Assembly: GCA_030324005.1 (NCBI GenBank)
Contig: JARDVH010000031.1
Span: forward strand, 48,834,035-48,898,034
Direction of reading: 5' to 3'
DNA from: Negaprion brevirostris
Taxonomy: Eukaryota
Length of the DNA: 64,000 nt
Both the position numbers and the translations under genes were made by a program. Below the pieces are notes generated by a model. The model was not told where the DNA came from. It ran no database searches and saw only the letters and a program-made list of their open reading frames with translations. Position 1 is the stretch's first letter. Every line of letters begins with the position of its first letter. Positions 12,804 to 25,078 of the stretch are shown here, piece after piece.

Positions 12804-15004
12804 TATGTGTTTGTATAAAGAACTCATATTTAACCAATTCATCTTTTTTGTAATGTTTTTCATTTTTCTCACCTGGCTTAATTATTTTTCATCCTTAAAT
12901 TTTCCCTTGAGGATTTAATGGGATAGACATAAAGGGTGGGATTTTCTGGCCCTTCCTGCTGGTGAGATCTTCCGGTCCCACCAAAGGCCACTCCAGCCAG
13001 AACAACCCCCCCCTCCCCCTCACAAAATCTTGTAGATGTCAGATCCCACCAGCAGCCAATGTTGGAAAATATACCATGCAGGTAGTAAGTAAATTAATGA
13101 AGACAAAGGAACAGGACAGGATCTCAATTGAATAGCCTTACAAGTAGGGGGATGATGATAGAGTTGGCTCCAAAGAGATTTGGATGCCATCTTTAAAGGG
13201 CGTGGTAATCAACACTGAGATTGACCCACCTCCTCCACCCTCCCCCATCCACCCACCCACCAACTGCCCAACAACCGCCGCCGCCACCACAGAGGTGTCA
13301 GGAGCTCTCCCTCTCTGCTTCTGCCACAATCATTGGGAATTCTCTCCACCACCCCCCCCACCCCACCCCAACCCTGCATAGCCAGCAAACACCACGTAAG
13401 TATAAATAAATGAACTTATTCATGGCCTTATTTGTTGTTATAGTGTAAGGCCTCATTTTTCCTTATACTATGCATTGGAATTGACCTAATTGATGCTGGT
13501 TCACACGGGAATAACTATCCCTCCCCTCCCAGCACAACCTAATTGCTTGCTTCCCTCCCAATTACGTGCAAGTTCTCCTTCACTGCCTACTCTCTCCTGC
13601 CTGCAAGTACCCCCCTCAATAGCTCTGGCATTCCCCCTCAACTCCCACACACATATAACAGGAAACCCCTCCCAATGGTGCTCCCCAGAGGTCCTATCCC
13701 TGGCACTGGGTGGCACAGCCTTTGCTGAGGGCATTGCCAAAGTGTGTTCCTCTACCTGCAGGGGCTATGCTTAGCTTTCCACCCTCGGGGTGGCCACCCC
13801 CCGACTGATGCATGTCTTCAAATAGCTGGTGTAAACCTCACCACCTTGATGTCATATTGGTGAGACATGAATATTCAATGAAATGGGATCACTTGGCAGG
13901 GGAGTCAGTAATCATATTAAAATGTATTCAAATCTATTTAAATGAGGTTACACCCTTCCTGGGCATGAGCTTTCATGTTACTGGCAAGGGGGTGTGAAAA
14001 ATTGGAAACCATGATTTCGCAAGTGTGAATCACATTTTCTGATTCTTGCAGGATTTTCAGCGATTGTCATCGTTCTCACTGATGGCTAACGCGGGCTGAA
14101 AATTGTCNNNNNNNNNNTGCCTATACACTTGGCACTGAAATCACTGTAGTGATGTGAACTTGGGCGGCTTACCCACTAGTTCTGCTTTGAAGACACTAAA
14201 AGAGATGGGTATACTTAGGAGTAAGGGAGTCTTTAATGTCATAATAACTAATAGTTATTGCTGAACCACCTCTCTTACCTCGAACACTTAATTTTACAAA
14301 CTTGGTGTCACATTTCCTCAAAAGCATGTTAATAGGCAGAATTTGAAATGCTGAGAGGAACTGGTCCTGTTTGCAGGAGTGGGGTTAAACCCCCAAAAAT
14401 GGAGTCGGGTCATGAGCCTGATATGATCCTGCTTTGAACGGGCAAGTTTGCCACTGAGTGAGGAACCCTTATGCAGTAGTCAGGAAAATCATTTAAGTAA
14501 AATATGCAAACTGGTAATTAACTTTCAATTTCTGGCTTTAATAACCAGCAGATGGGTTCCTTGAGCTCTCTGCATTTCACCAGGGCCAACAAGGCAAATG
14601 CACAGCTTGGAGAGATTGCTTAATGAAATTTTATGTGTTGGGAAGACTTTAAAGAGTGAAATTGCGAAGCTTGTGAACAGCTATGATGAAAACGTATGGT
14701 TGCGCTGTTAGGTCTGAGAGCTGGAAATCTCCACTTTGAGGGTCAACTTCAACTTCTTTGGAAGTAGTTTCAACTGCCTCAGAGTATAATCATCTTGAAT
14801 TCAACTTACTCACTGTCAGCATTCAGCAGTAGCAGGAGCAACACCAGTAAGACCGACAATAACTACCTTCTCCTCGTCTACAGTCCGGTCCACATGAGAA
14901 AAGAGATGGGCAGGGAACTTCGGTTTGGTGGAGGCAATATCCCTAGCAAAGGGTCTACAGAGAGAGGTTGAATGTCTTCAAAAGGACAAGGCCTCAGAAG
15001 AATG

Positions 15005-16150
15005 AAAGAAAGACTTTCATTTAAAGCACTTTTCCCAGCTATTGAATATTTCGAAGTCCTTTACAGCTGCTGAAGTACTTCTAAAGTGTAGTCACCCTTG
15101 TAATGTAGAAACTGTGGCAACTAATATGCACACGACAAACAGCAATATGGTGATGACCAGATAATCTGTTTTTGTGATGTTGATTGAAGGACAGATATTG
15201 GCCAGAGTGCAAGGGGATAACACCCTTACTCTTCTTTGAAACAGTGTCATGGTTCTTTCACATCAGCCCAAGTATGCAGGTGGGGCATCAGTTTAGTGCC
15301 TCATTAAAAAATTGGCACCATTAATAGCACCAAGTACTGCATTGGAGGGCCTGATTTTACCATCTTGATTCTAAGTGCTGAATCTGGGAGTGTTTCAGAT
15401 CCGACTTTTAGACCCGTTCTCTGGCACCCCCATATGCACTCTGCTTGAAAAAAGATCAGCGATCTGAATTGTGCTGCAGAGGCCTGTGGGCAGGGCTTAT
15501 TGCGCCCGAGACACTGCAGCTCCGATTGGAGNNNNNNNNNNGACTTCAATTGCGCACGTGCAGAAAGAAAAGAAAAATGGTCTCCTACCACATTGCTCCG
15601 AGGCCTGATAATGCCTGCCCTGGCCCTCACAGACATTGCCCTATCCCCACAACATAACTGACCCCATCAATCACACGCGGAGTGGCAGCGGACCCCCTTT
15701 CTGCTGTCCACCCCCCCTGCCCAAAAGAGAGCCATCTGACCCACCTCCCTCCTCCCTCATCTGAGAGTGATCTGACCCACCCCGCCACCACCACTATGTC
15801 TGTTTCACGCTGAATTTGGTTGGGTGAACGTGGTGGTAAAGGAGAAAGTGCTGGTAAGTTTGGGCGTGCAGCGCATTAAGTCAATTTAAGCCATGCAAAT
15901 ACATTTAAATTGTTGTCGTGCCAGTTTTGGGCGCAGTCCCAAATGTGGCTGTTGTAGGTGCTTGGTAAAGGGAGAACGGGCGCGGAGGCAGGCGTGGATC
16001 GTGCGACTCGCCTCATGCATGACATTATCAAATTTTCACACCAAAAACGGTGCAACTTGATGATAAAAGTGGGCCTGGAGTGTCAGCTGCTTAAGCCCTG
16101 GAGTTGAATTTGAATTCAAAGGCAAGGGTACTACTAAATAAACAAAGGCG
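15005..16150 (-). mobile_element. DeuSINE/SacSINE-like SINE, split by a MITE
   Basis: Conserved gaagtactt..aagtgtagtcac..ttgtaatgtag..., gaccagataatctgttttt.tgatgttgattga and gtactgcattggagtgtcagc. Confidence 0.75.
15347..16076. mobile_element. Non-autonomous Harbinger-type element
   Basis: TIR gggcctgattttacca / tgataaaagtgggcct; 3-bp duplication GGA on both sides; first ~230 bp homologous to the reverse complement of 49108-49374. Confidence 0.85.
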
Positions 16151-16414
16151 ACACTTGAAGAAGAAGGCACAGACATTGCAGTGTGTTTGCTGCAGACATC
16201 TAAGCCTCCTTCCATGCAGACCACATGCAGACCAGGTGGGTACTGGCTCCTTCCAGAGATCTACTGGTGACATTTCCAGGATTTCTCTAGGAGAGCTTTC
16301 CCTTGGCCTGATCCTTCATCAGTCCTTATGTCACCCTTAAGTGACCTACAGGAAATAAAAGACGTGAGCTATTGTTGACCATAAAAACCCAGCTCAAGAT
16401 ATTTCAGTTAGTCG

Positions 16415-16554
16415 TGACATGACAAAGAAGTTGATAAAGAAGGGTAGGAGAAACTATGAAGCTGGGCTAGCGCTTAGTATAAAAAAGGATAGCAAGAGTT
16501 TTTATAAATATATAAAAAGGAAGAGGCTGGCTAGGGTGAACGTTGGACCCTTAG
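16415..16554 (+). mobile_element. CR1 ORF2 fragment
   Basis: KKLIKKGRRNYEAGLALSIKKDSKSFYKYIKRKRLARVNVGPL, the CR1 linker region. Confidence 0.85.
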
Positions 16555-18439
16555 NNNNNNNNNNNNNNNNNNNNNNNNNNNNNNNNNNNNNNNNNNNNNN
16601 NNNNNNNNNNNNNNNNNNNNNNNNNNNNNNNNNNNNNNNNNNNNNNNNNNNNNNCTGCCCAAACACTGTCTGATCAAACTCTGGATTTAATAATTTCTTG
16701 GGATCCATTACTCCTTCTTGTTCTCTGTTGCAGTCTTGGTGGTAGCCACTAATGCAGTCATGACGCTGCTGAGACTGACAGAGCTGCTGGCCATTCAGAT
16801 TGATTTTGGACGTGACCTCCTCCCCAGTGAGGTTCCAAAGTCTCACTTGGCCCTTGCTTAGCCCACCTGCAGCCCGAACGGTATGTGGGGAGGAGGTATT
16901 GACAGTACTTCTGGAGGATGACAGTGAATGTGTGAGATGGCACAAAGATCAGAATGGATGAGAGTGTTGGCTGTTCAGATGGAAATGTGTGGAGGTACCT
17001 GGAGACAGAAGGATGAATAGAACTGCAAGGTGTGTTGTGCAGGAGAATGCTGAGAAAGTCAAAGTGGGGCATGACATTTGTAAATAATGTGCTACTTGCT
17101 TGCTGACTTGAAGCTCTTGATCCTCTTGGTCCATTGTCTCCAACTTTGAGGGATCACAATCCTACTGTGCATTTCCTTGGCCACCCCCATGCTTGCTTGA
17201 TTGGATTGCCAATTTACACAGCCACCATAGACAGAGATGGAATAAAATAATGTTCTAAATATCTATTACAAACTTTACTATATAAAAACATCCCACAAAT
17301 GAAAGTCCATTCAATACTTTTAAATGAAGTACTTAATGCCTTATAGAAAAATTTGTCTTCATAATCCCCCATCAAAGACAGTTAAACCTTTAATAATCTC
17401 TGAGTTGTCAGGCAAATTAAGAGCTTATAACCCACTGCTGTGATAATTGTGGCTGTGGAAAGTGCACAAGCAATAATAATGCTATAATAAAAGCACTTAG
17501 GGTTATGTCAGCAAAGAGATATTATTTTAAGTTCCCAGACACAGGCAGGCTATTTCTAATTTTTAGAGGACTGGCTGTTTAAATAACCTGACAGTGTGAC
17601 AACTCCACAGACTGTATCCTAGCTTCACAAGCGTTTCATCTAAAAATTCTTAACTGACACACTTGCATGGTAAGACCCTTGTTGCATCAAAAAATGGGCC
17701 TGTTGAACTCAGCACTGAGTAGTTGAGTTCAGGTTCCCAGATGTGTGAATCACAGCCCACCCTCTTTTCCTGACCAACAAAATTGGGATCTGTCAGAAAT
17801 GGGCGTGGGGAGGTGGAGATAGGACATTCGGATCTGCTTAATAGTCCCTGGAATCTTCACGGCTCGGTGAATGACTTAGTCTGATTTTGTGGTCAAATTT
17901 GATGAGAATATGTACCTTTAAAGCAATTGAAATATATCTTTACACTGCTGATGTTTTTAGTCTGATGAAAGTATAGGCTGCAGTGTTTGTACTTCATTAA
18001 TTTCCAGCATTGGCACAGAAAGAGGTTTCTGACTTTAATCTCATGGATTATTAGGGCTGAATTGAGGTTCAAAGTGTTTTTGCAGATACTGATATTATGT
18101 TTCCAATACAGAGTCTTTTATCACAAATTATAAAATATAATTAAATATGTTTCAAGGTTTAAACTATACTAATTACAATCCTATCTTCAGGATGCTATTA
18201 GATATGAACATTTCAGAACTCATCAATTATGTTGTTTGCNNNNNNNNNNNNNNNNNNNNNNNATATTTATACATTTGAAAATGAATAACAAGTACCTTGA
18301 TCTATGCAGCCCTCTGTCAAACCACGTGAACAACATGACTTCAGATCCAACACTAAACTCGCAATTTCTATATTCATGATGCACTCCTGAGCGTTGCACG
18401 GTGAAAATAAGACCAAACAGATTACATTACAAAGTTGTT

Positions 18440-19220
18440 GGACAGAGGATTGAGCGTACAGTGGCCCAGAGTCCAAGAGGAGTTGTCAAGGTCGGGCTAC
18501 CTGCTATGGCAAGAAGGAAACAAGAGAAGACTAAAAAGATTAGATTTATGTAAAGATGCATTTTGTGATATGGAGCTTGAAGCATCCTGGGTGGGAGGTG
18601 CACTTTGGGGCATAATAAGTAAATAAGGAGCAAAGGAATCCAAGAGAGGGACAGAAAAATACTTGAGTCCAAATGAATCTTTAAAAACGAGACACTAAGT
18701 CGATCTAGCTGCAAGAGAAAAAATATGTAATTTTATTTTAATAAAGGTACAGCAAAAGACAAAATAGTAAACACACCATTGGTTAATCCCTAATCAGAAT
18801 ATTGTGGCCAGTTGTGAGCGTCCTACTTCAGAAAGGATGTCAAGACCTCGCAGAGAGTGCAGAAGATATTTGTCAAGCTAATACTGGAGATGATAAGCTG
18901 TTGGTATGAAGAGGGAAAGCAGAAAACTTTCACTGGATCACCGGAATAAAGAAGAACAAAAGGAAATCTGACAGGCTGAACATTATGAAAAGTTTGTGTA
19001 AAATAGATCAAGAACAAACAATTTTTTTCAAAGAACATAATTTTAAGATAAGGATGAACATGCAACATTCATTCATATGAGGAGCTGTTAGAACCTGGAA
19101 TCATCAGTCAGAAACAATGGTAGAAGTGGGACATTTCATACAATTTGAAATGCAATTGGATAAACATCTTGATAAAGAAAAAGACAAAAAGGACTGGGGC
19201 TGTGTATAGCTGTTTAAATT
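18440..19220 (+). mobile_element. Very old CR1-type LINE 3' fragment
   Basis: Degenerate cagaatattgtg.ccagtt.tg.gc.ccct.acttcagaaaggatgtcaag.cc...gagagtgcagaagatattt and a CR1-like 3' end. Confidence 0.55.
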
Positions 19221-22200
19221 GCAGGGCTCACATGGCTTTTACCAAGATACAAACCCTTCCTAAATCCATGTGTAAAATAAATGAACACTGCTTTCTTAAA
19301 AGAAAACTTTTAGTCAAAAATTTCCAAAAGACAGCTGACATGTTTTCATGTGTTAGCCGATCAATTGAGAGTTTATTTTTCAGCCTTTTCTGACATTTAA
19401 ATCAATTCCCAGGTTGGAAAAACAACATTGTGTTTTGAATTCAAATCAGTGACAATGGCAAATGTTCCAACCATCAGATTTCTAAGCTGGCATAAGTCCA
19501 TTTTTCACTCTTCTAATGTTTACAAGAAAACTTAACTTCAGTAATTTAGTTTTGAACGTGCAACTTGAGTCTACCAGCGCCAGATTGGACTGTTTTCAGG
19601 CAGATTGTAAAGTAAGTTTGAAGCAGTTGAAGATCACTTTTTCAAATGTGTGCACAAACATGAAACAGCATTTTACAATGTGCTCTTGGCTTCTGAGAGG
19701 GAGAGTTACTGTTATTTAGTGTTTGTTCCAAACAAGTTGTAAAAGCTGCAAAAAGTTTAGTCTTTTAAAATTAAGTTTTCTCTTCAAGGGTAATAAGAGT
19801 CTTGCCTTCGGAAGATGTGTCTTGTTGCTGTCTTAACCAGATTTATTTTTAATATTCTGCAGCTGCTTTTTTGAGCTAATGTGATGTCCCCTGCTGTGCA
19901 TACATTAATTGGTTTTATGCGATAATTTTGGACACCACATGTGCAATTGCTTTGCAGGCACCGACTCCACTCTGCCTCTCATGGGAGCCTCCAGAAATCT
20001 AGGCAGCATAAGAGAGGCAGAGATTTAACAGATTCTACTGTCGTCTCTCTAAGGTTAAGTAACAGCATAGATCAAGGATTGAATCTGGAACTACGTTGAT
20101 CCATGTAGCTCAGTTATTTACTTGAGGAGCTTACTGTGTCATTGGGGAGCGTTTATTCCAGTATTATTAAAACCAGAAGGGATTTTAAGAAATTCCACAC
20201 TGGCTGCGCACTTTTTCTACTGATTGGCATACATTTGTTTCACAAACAAATACAGAAATACTGGGACTTTTTTTCTGGGTTCAAGCTGATATTAATCACA
20301 TTATCAAATACATGTCCACATTCTGATGAAAAATTGTTTTAACCAAACCATTAGCTTAGCCCATGTGGAATTAATAGAGCCACCAATAGTAATGTTAGTT
20401 GGTGTTTGGTTAGTGCAAAATAATACTGATATTCCCTAATCTATTTGTCATTTGATAACTGAGAAAAGTTAGAAAACCGAAATATTAATTTTTTTACTCT
20501 GAAACAGAAAAGAGAATCTAATTCATGCAGCACTGATATGACCAGGTGAGGAGGGATCAAAGGGCTCCCTTCTTTTCCCTCTCCTTGTCTGATTGCAGCA
20601 GGATTTTGTTTTAAAGGTTACACTTGCCAATTCATTGGGTACTTAACTGTTGACATGCTGGTTATAAAATAATCGAGTGGACAGGCTTCTTCAAGCTAAG
20701 AAAGCGGTTAGTTTATTTAAAGTTAAAACTGATCCAAATAAAGTAATACAACACATTCTGATCTCCGCACACGTACATAGAGACACATACAATCTTCTCA
20801 CACACAAATACACATTATAGGAGAATAGGTTGGCCAAATTAGAGTGCATAAGAAATTAAAAGATTTTCACAGTTTGTAACTTTAAGTCTCCACTGGCAGT
20901 GTGTCTTGCTTACGGTGGAAAGCTGTAGCTGGGTCTTTCTTCTTTCAGGATTCACTGCTGCAGAATTGAATCCTTTCTAGTTACAACCCAACGTGGACAT
21001 GTGCCGGGACTTCCCCTTTTTATAGATTTTAAAAAATTAATGAAGACAATGGGGCAAGAGACAGACCATGGAAAGGTTTGTTGACCTTGGGCAGGATTTT
21101 CTAGTTGCGGGGCAAGCATGGGTGGGATTTTCCAGCTGATGTGTCAAATCAGTGTCTGTACTTAACCGTTAATATGCTGTTTGCAAATAGTTCAGTCCGA
21201 CAGGCTTTCTTGAGTTTAGCCACAAATGATTAGTTTTTATGAGCTAAAAACCAACCTAAGAAAGATATAAAAACATTTGAAAGATCCCTTCTTTCACAAC
21301 ACACATACACAAGCATGTAAAATTATAAGTTATACAGCAGAGGAAGTTAATTTTGGCCAAATTAAGATTCAATGATAAAAGGCAAAGGATAGCTGTTGAT
21401 GGGTCCTCCACAGATATTTGTGGTTGAAATNNNNNNNNNNNNNNNNNNNNNNNNNNNNNNNNNNNNNNNNNNNNNNNNNNNNNNNNNNNNNNNNNNNNNN
21501 NNNNNNNNNNNNNNNNNNNNNNNNNNNNNNGGCCAAATTAAGATTCAATGATAAAAGGCAAATGATAGCTGTTGATGGGTCCTCCACAGATATTTGTGGT
21601 TGAAATTTTGAAGTGTTCTCTGAACTTTGCTGCCTGTTGATCCCAGTATGATATACACTCTTTCGAGTGACATTATCTATTTGATGTATTCCGAAATGTA
21701 ACAGGTGTAGGACTCCAAGCTTGGGACAGCAGGGAGAGAGGTGGTGTTATTGGTCCATTTGCAGATGACATCTTCTGTTACAGTTAGCACAGGCAAACTT
21801 ACAATCACAGCTTTTCACAAGGGGGTTTCAATCATACGGCAGCTACTATTGGTACACAACGGAGGGTGATCTATGTTAATGAAATGAGCCTTGATCGCAC
21901 TTTGTCAGAACTATCAAGATGCCATTGAAACAAGTAAGGGTTTTTAGCACCCTCTTACATGATAGCTTCGTTTGTGCTCCATTGCTTTGGGTAGTTTCTA
22001 AAGTTAGAAATTCTAGTGGTGCATTACCCTTATGTTTTGTAGAGAGTGTAGACAGTGGCAGATGTGAAGCCACTGTCATGTGTCCTGGCAAATCCGTATT
22101 TAGAAGTTTCCAGAATTGCCCATTTTATAGGTTGTGATTTCTGCAGCCATTTTAAATCAGTGTTTTTTGTTGGCAAGGGTACTCTTAAACAAGTTCAATA

Positions 22201-22956
22201 TATATCTGACCAGCCAATTAAATTAAAAATTAATATTACACATTGAACATGGCACANNNNNNNNNNNNNNNNNNNNNNNNNNNNNNNNNNNNNNNNNNNN
22301 NNNNNNNNNNNNNNNNNNNNNNNNNNNNNNNNNNNNNNNNNNNNNNNNNNNNNNNNNNNNNNNNNNNNNNNNNNNNNNNNNNNNNNNNNNNNNNNNNNNN
22401 NNNNNNNNNNNNNNNNNNNNNNNNNNNNNNNNNNNNNNNNNNNNNNNNNNNNNNNNNNNNNNNNNNNNNNNNNNNNNNNNNNNNNNNNNNNNNNNNNNNN
22501 NNNNNNNNNNNNNNNNNNNNNNNNNNNNNNNNNNNNNNNNNNNNNNNNNNNNNNNNNNNNNNNNNNNNNNNNNNNNNNNNNNNNNNNNNNNNNNNNNNNN
22601 NNNNNNNNNNNNNNNNNNNNNNNNNNNNNNNNNNNNNNNNNNNNNNNNNNNNNNNNNNNNNNNNNNNNNNNNNNNNNNNNNNNNNNNNNNNNNNNNNNNN
22701 NNNNNNNNNNNNNNNNNNNNNNNNNNNNNNNNNNNNNNNNNNNNNNNNNNNNNNNNNNNNNNNNNNNNNNNNNNNNNNNNNNNNNNNNNNNNNNNNNNNN
22801 NNNNNNNNNNNNNNNNNNNNNNNNNNNNNNNNNNNNNNNNNNNNNNNNNNNNNNNNNNNNNNNNNNNNNNNNNNNNNNNNNNNNNNNNNNNNNNNNNNNN
22901 NNNNNNNNNNNNNNNNNNNNNNNNNNNNNNNNNNNNNNNNNNNNNNNNNNNNNNNN

Positions 22957-23119
22957 AGAAGTCTCACAACACCAGGTTAAAGTCCAACAGGTTTATTTGG
23001 TAGCAAACGCCACTAGCTTTCGGAGCACTGCTCTTTCATAGGAGCACTCAGAAAGCTAGTGGTGTTTGCTTTCAAATAAACCTGTTGGACTTTAACCTGA
23101 TGTTGTGAGATTTCTTACT
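22957..23119. mobile_element. Palindromic Penelope-type element
   Basis: ~75-bp inverted arms agaagtctcacaacaccaggttaaagtccaacaggtttatttg / caaataaacctgttggactttaacctgatgttgtgagatttct; same family as 32.1 kb. Confidence 0.75.
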
Positions 23120-23126
23120 ATAACTT

Positions 23127-23393
23127 GCGCAGCACAGTGCTTAGTGTTGCTGCCTCACAGCGCCAGGGACCCAGGTTCGCTTCCCAGCTTGGGTCACTGT
23201 CTGTGTGCAGTCTGCATGTTCTTCCCATGTCTGTGTGGGTTTCCTCTGGGTACTCCCACAGTTTGAAAGACATGCTGGTTAGGTGCATTGACCATGCTAA
23301 ATTCTCCCTCAGATGCCAGGGTGTGGCGACTTGGGGATTTTCACAGTAACTTCATTGTTTTGATGTAAGCCTACTTGTGACTTAAATATAAAC
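23127..23393 (+). mobile_element. tRNA-derived V-SINE (HE1-related) with a non-CR1 tail
   Basis: tRNA-like head (gctgcctcacagcgccagggacccaggttcg), V domain (gtctgtgtg.agtctgcatgttct.ccc.tgtctg.gtgggtttcctc), tail cacagtaacttcattg...gtaagcctacttgtgac. Confidence 0.85.
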
Positions 23394-23763
23394 ACTTCAA
23401 ATGTCTTTAATGAAGCAATTCTGTGTGGGTTACCTCTTGGTAAAGCATTAGTTATCACTTTTTTTCTGCAATGTGGATAATCTTTCAGTGGTAAAATTAT
23501 AAAACCACAGCCTTCATTGAAATAGCCTTGGATTAAAGGTGCTGAATTTCTTGGAGATTTGACATGTGGCTTAAGGAATGTGTTCGTTCAAAACTTAGTG
23601 CAGAATCAAGTTTCCTTCTACATTAGAAGGAGTCAACCCCACAAGCTGCTGGACAGAACTATGCAAAGGTCTCCAACTACATAATTGCAATGCCCTTTTA
23701 ACCCTTCAGTGGCCATTTCCACAACCCTTGAGTCTAATGACTCTGTCTTGGGCATAGTGACAA

Positions 23764-24070
23764 TCATAGAGTCCCTGTAGAGGAGGAAGAGACCATTTGG
23801 CCCGTTGAGTCTGTATCGACTCTCCGAAAGATCATCCCACCCAGGCCCTCCCCATCGCCCAATGTCTGGAAAATCCCAAATTAAACAAGGCTAAGTCACC
23901 AAACCTACCAACCCATGGACACCCCGGGGCAATTTAGACTGGTCAATCTATCTAACTCTCACATCTTCCGACTGTGGGAGGAAATGGAGCACTTGGAGAA
24001 AACCCACACAGACATGGGGAACATGCTGACTCTGCATAGACAGGGACCCAAAACAGGGACTGAATCCAGA
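23764..24070 (-). mobile_element. HE1-like V-SINE
   Basis: Reverse V domain (actgtgggaggaaatggagcacttggagaaaacccacacagacatgggga) and CR1-type tail. Confidence 0.85.
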
Positions 24071-24751
24071 TTTTTCTAGACTGGGTTTTTCTATTTTTAG
24101 ATTGGTGGTGGATTGTAACGTATTTTTAAACCTGCCCAGGTTCACCACCTGCACCTTAACCAGAGTCCCCCCCCCCCCGCCTTGAGAATTGGAGCGGGCG
24201 AGGGGCAGAACATCGGAAAGTCAGTTGACCTCGGATGGGACTTGATGGTTTTGGGGTGAGCGTGGCTGTAAAATCCCACCCCTTGTCTTCAGTGGGTTCG
24301 GGGACCAGAAGGCTGACACCCAAGAATATTCAACAAATATCTTAAAAAGTTCTGATGGACTTCTATATTTTTATATATTTAGGCATTAATGATCTTGAAT
24401 GGTGCACCCTTCTTGCCCACAAATTATTTCTTTGTTATGTTTTAGAATGCTTTTAAAATATTTTTAAAGGGAATTCCAATATTTAAGAAGTTAAACCTTA
24501 TCAGGACACTGATTTTGAATATGGATATTATTATATTTAAGGTCAACACTGCCCAAAACAATTACCTGCTTGAACACGAGGCAGCGCTACATTTTATTTT
24601 CCTGACCAGTCAGCCAAAGCTTTTTCCAAAAATCTGATGCCATTCTTCAGGAACTAACATCTAAAATATTGAAAGTACATCATTAAACATCATGATTAAA
24701 CATATCTAATGAATTGTGTCAGTTGTGTATTTCATTGCTTCAGTAAAGTTT

Positions 24752-25078
24752 TACTTTATAAGACCCTTGTCAGACCCCACTTGGAGTACTTTGTGCAGTT
24801 CTGGTCACCTCACTACAGGAAGGATGTGGAAGCTATTGAGAGAGTGCAGAGGAGATTTACAAGGATGTTGCCTGGATTGGGAGGNNNNNNNNNNNNNNNN
24901 NNNNNNNNNNNNNNNNNNNNNNNNNNNNNNNNNNNNNNNNNNNNNNNNNNNNNNNNNNNNNNNNNNNNNNNNNNNNNNNNNNNNACAGATAGTTCTAAGA
25001 GCTGGTAGGCATGGATATGATCGGCGCAACTTGTGGGCCGAAGGGCCTGTTTGTGCTGTAGTGTTCTATGTTCTATGT
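24752..25078 (+). mobile_element. CR1/HER1 LINE 3' fragment
   Basis: LYKTLVRPHLEYFVQFWSPHYRKDVEAIERVQRRFTRMLPGL; tail gttctatgttctatg. Confidence 0.92.

Larger units (their letters stand above)
11050..12830 (-). mobile_element. Old, highly degenerate CR1 LINE (endonuclease N-terminus to start of RT)
   Basis: After removing two MITEs, YTN..S.RNK..E.E....G.D.I...DTWL can be read near 12830-12470; PGGF.PK.LKE-like and ..YR..SL remnants near 11.3-11.1 kb. Confidence 0.65.
14333..17850. mobile_element. Decayed Harbinger/PIF transposon: transposase remnants on +, probable second-gene remnant on -
   Basis: RQYP*QRVYRER at ~14930-14970 and GTGSFQRSTGDISRIS at ~16238-16287 resemble the HARBI1-type transposase N-terminal motifs; 16700-16950 (-) resembles the low-complexity second gene at 29.3-29.7 kb. 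Ends are approximate. Confidence 0.55.
20536..23760. mobile_element. LTR-like repeat(s): two diverged copies with nested insertions
   Basis: Starts TG (tgatatgaccaggtgag) and ends CA (catagtgaca); 20620-20850 is similar to 21150-21370; no coding motifs. Confidence 0.4.

Noticed and set aside
21351-21607. ~80-bp direct repeat on both sides of a 100-N gap
   Set aside because: Near-identical sequence flanking a fixed-size gap is typical of unmerged contig overlap; the same pattern occurs at 32264-32480 and 59488-59627.
22236-22980. Long ORFs of 243-245 aa (also at 6292-6730, 25705-26191, 62738-63214)
   Set aside because: They are open only because they read through N runs.
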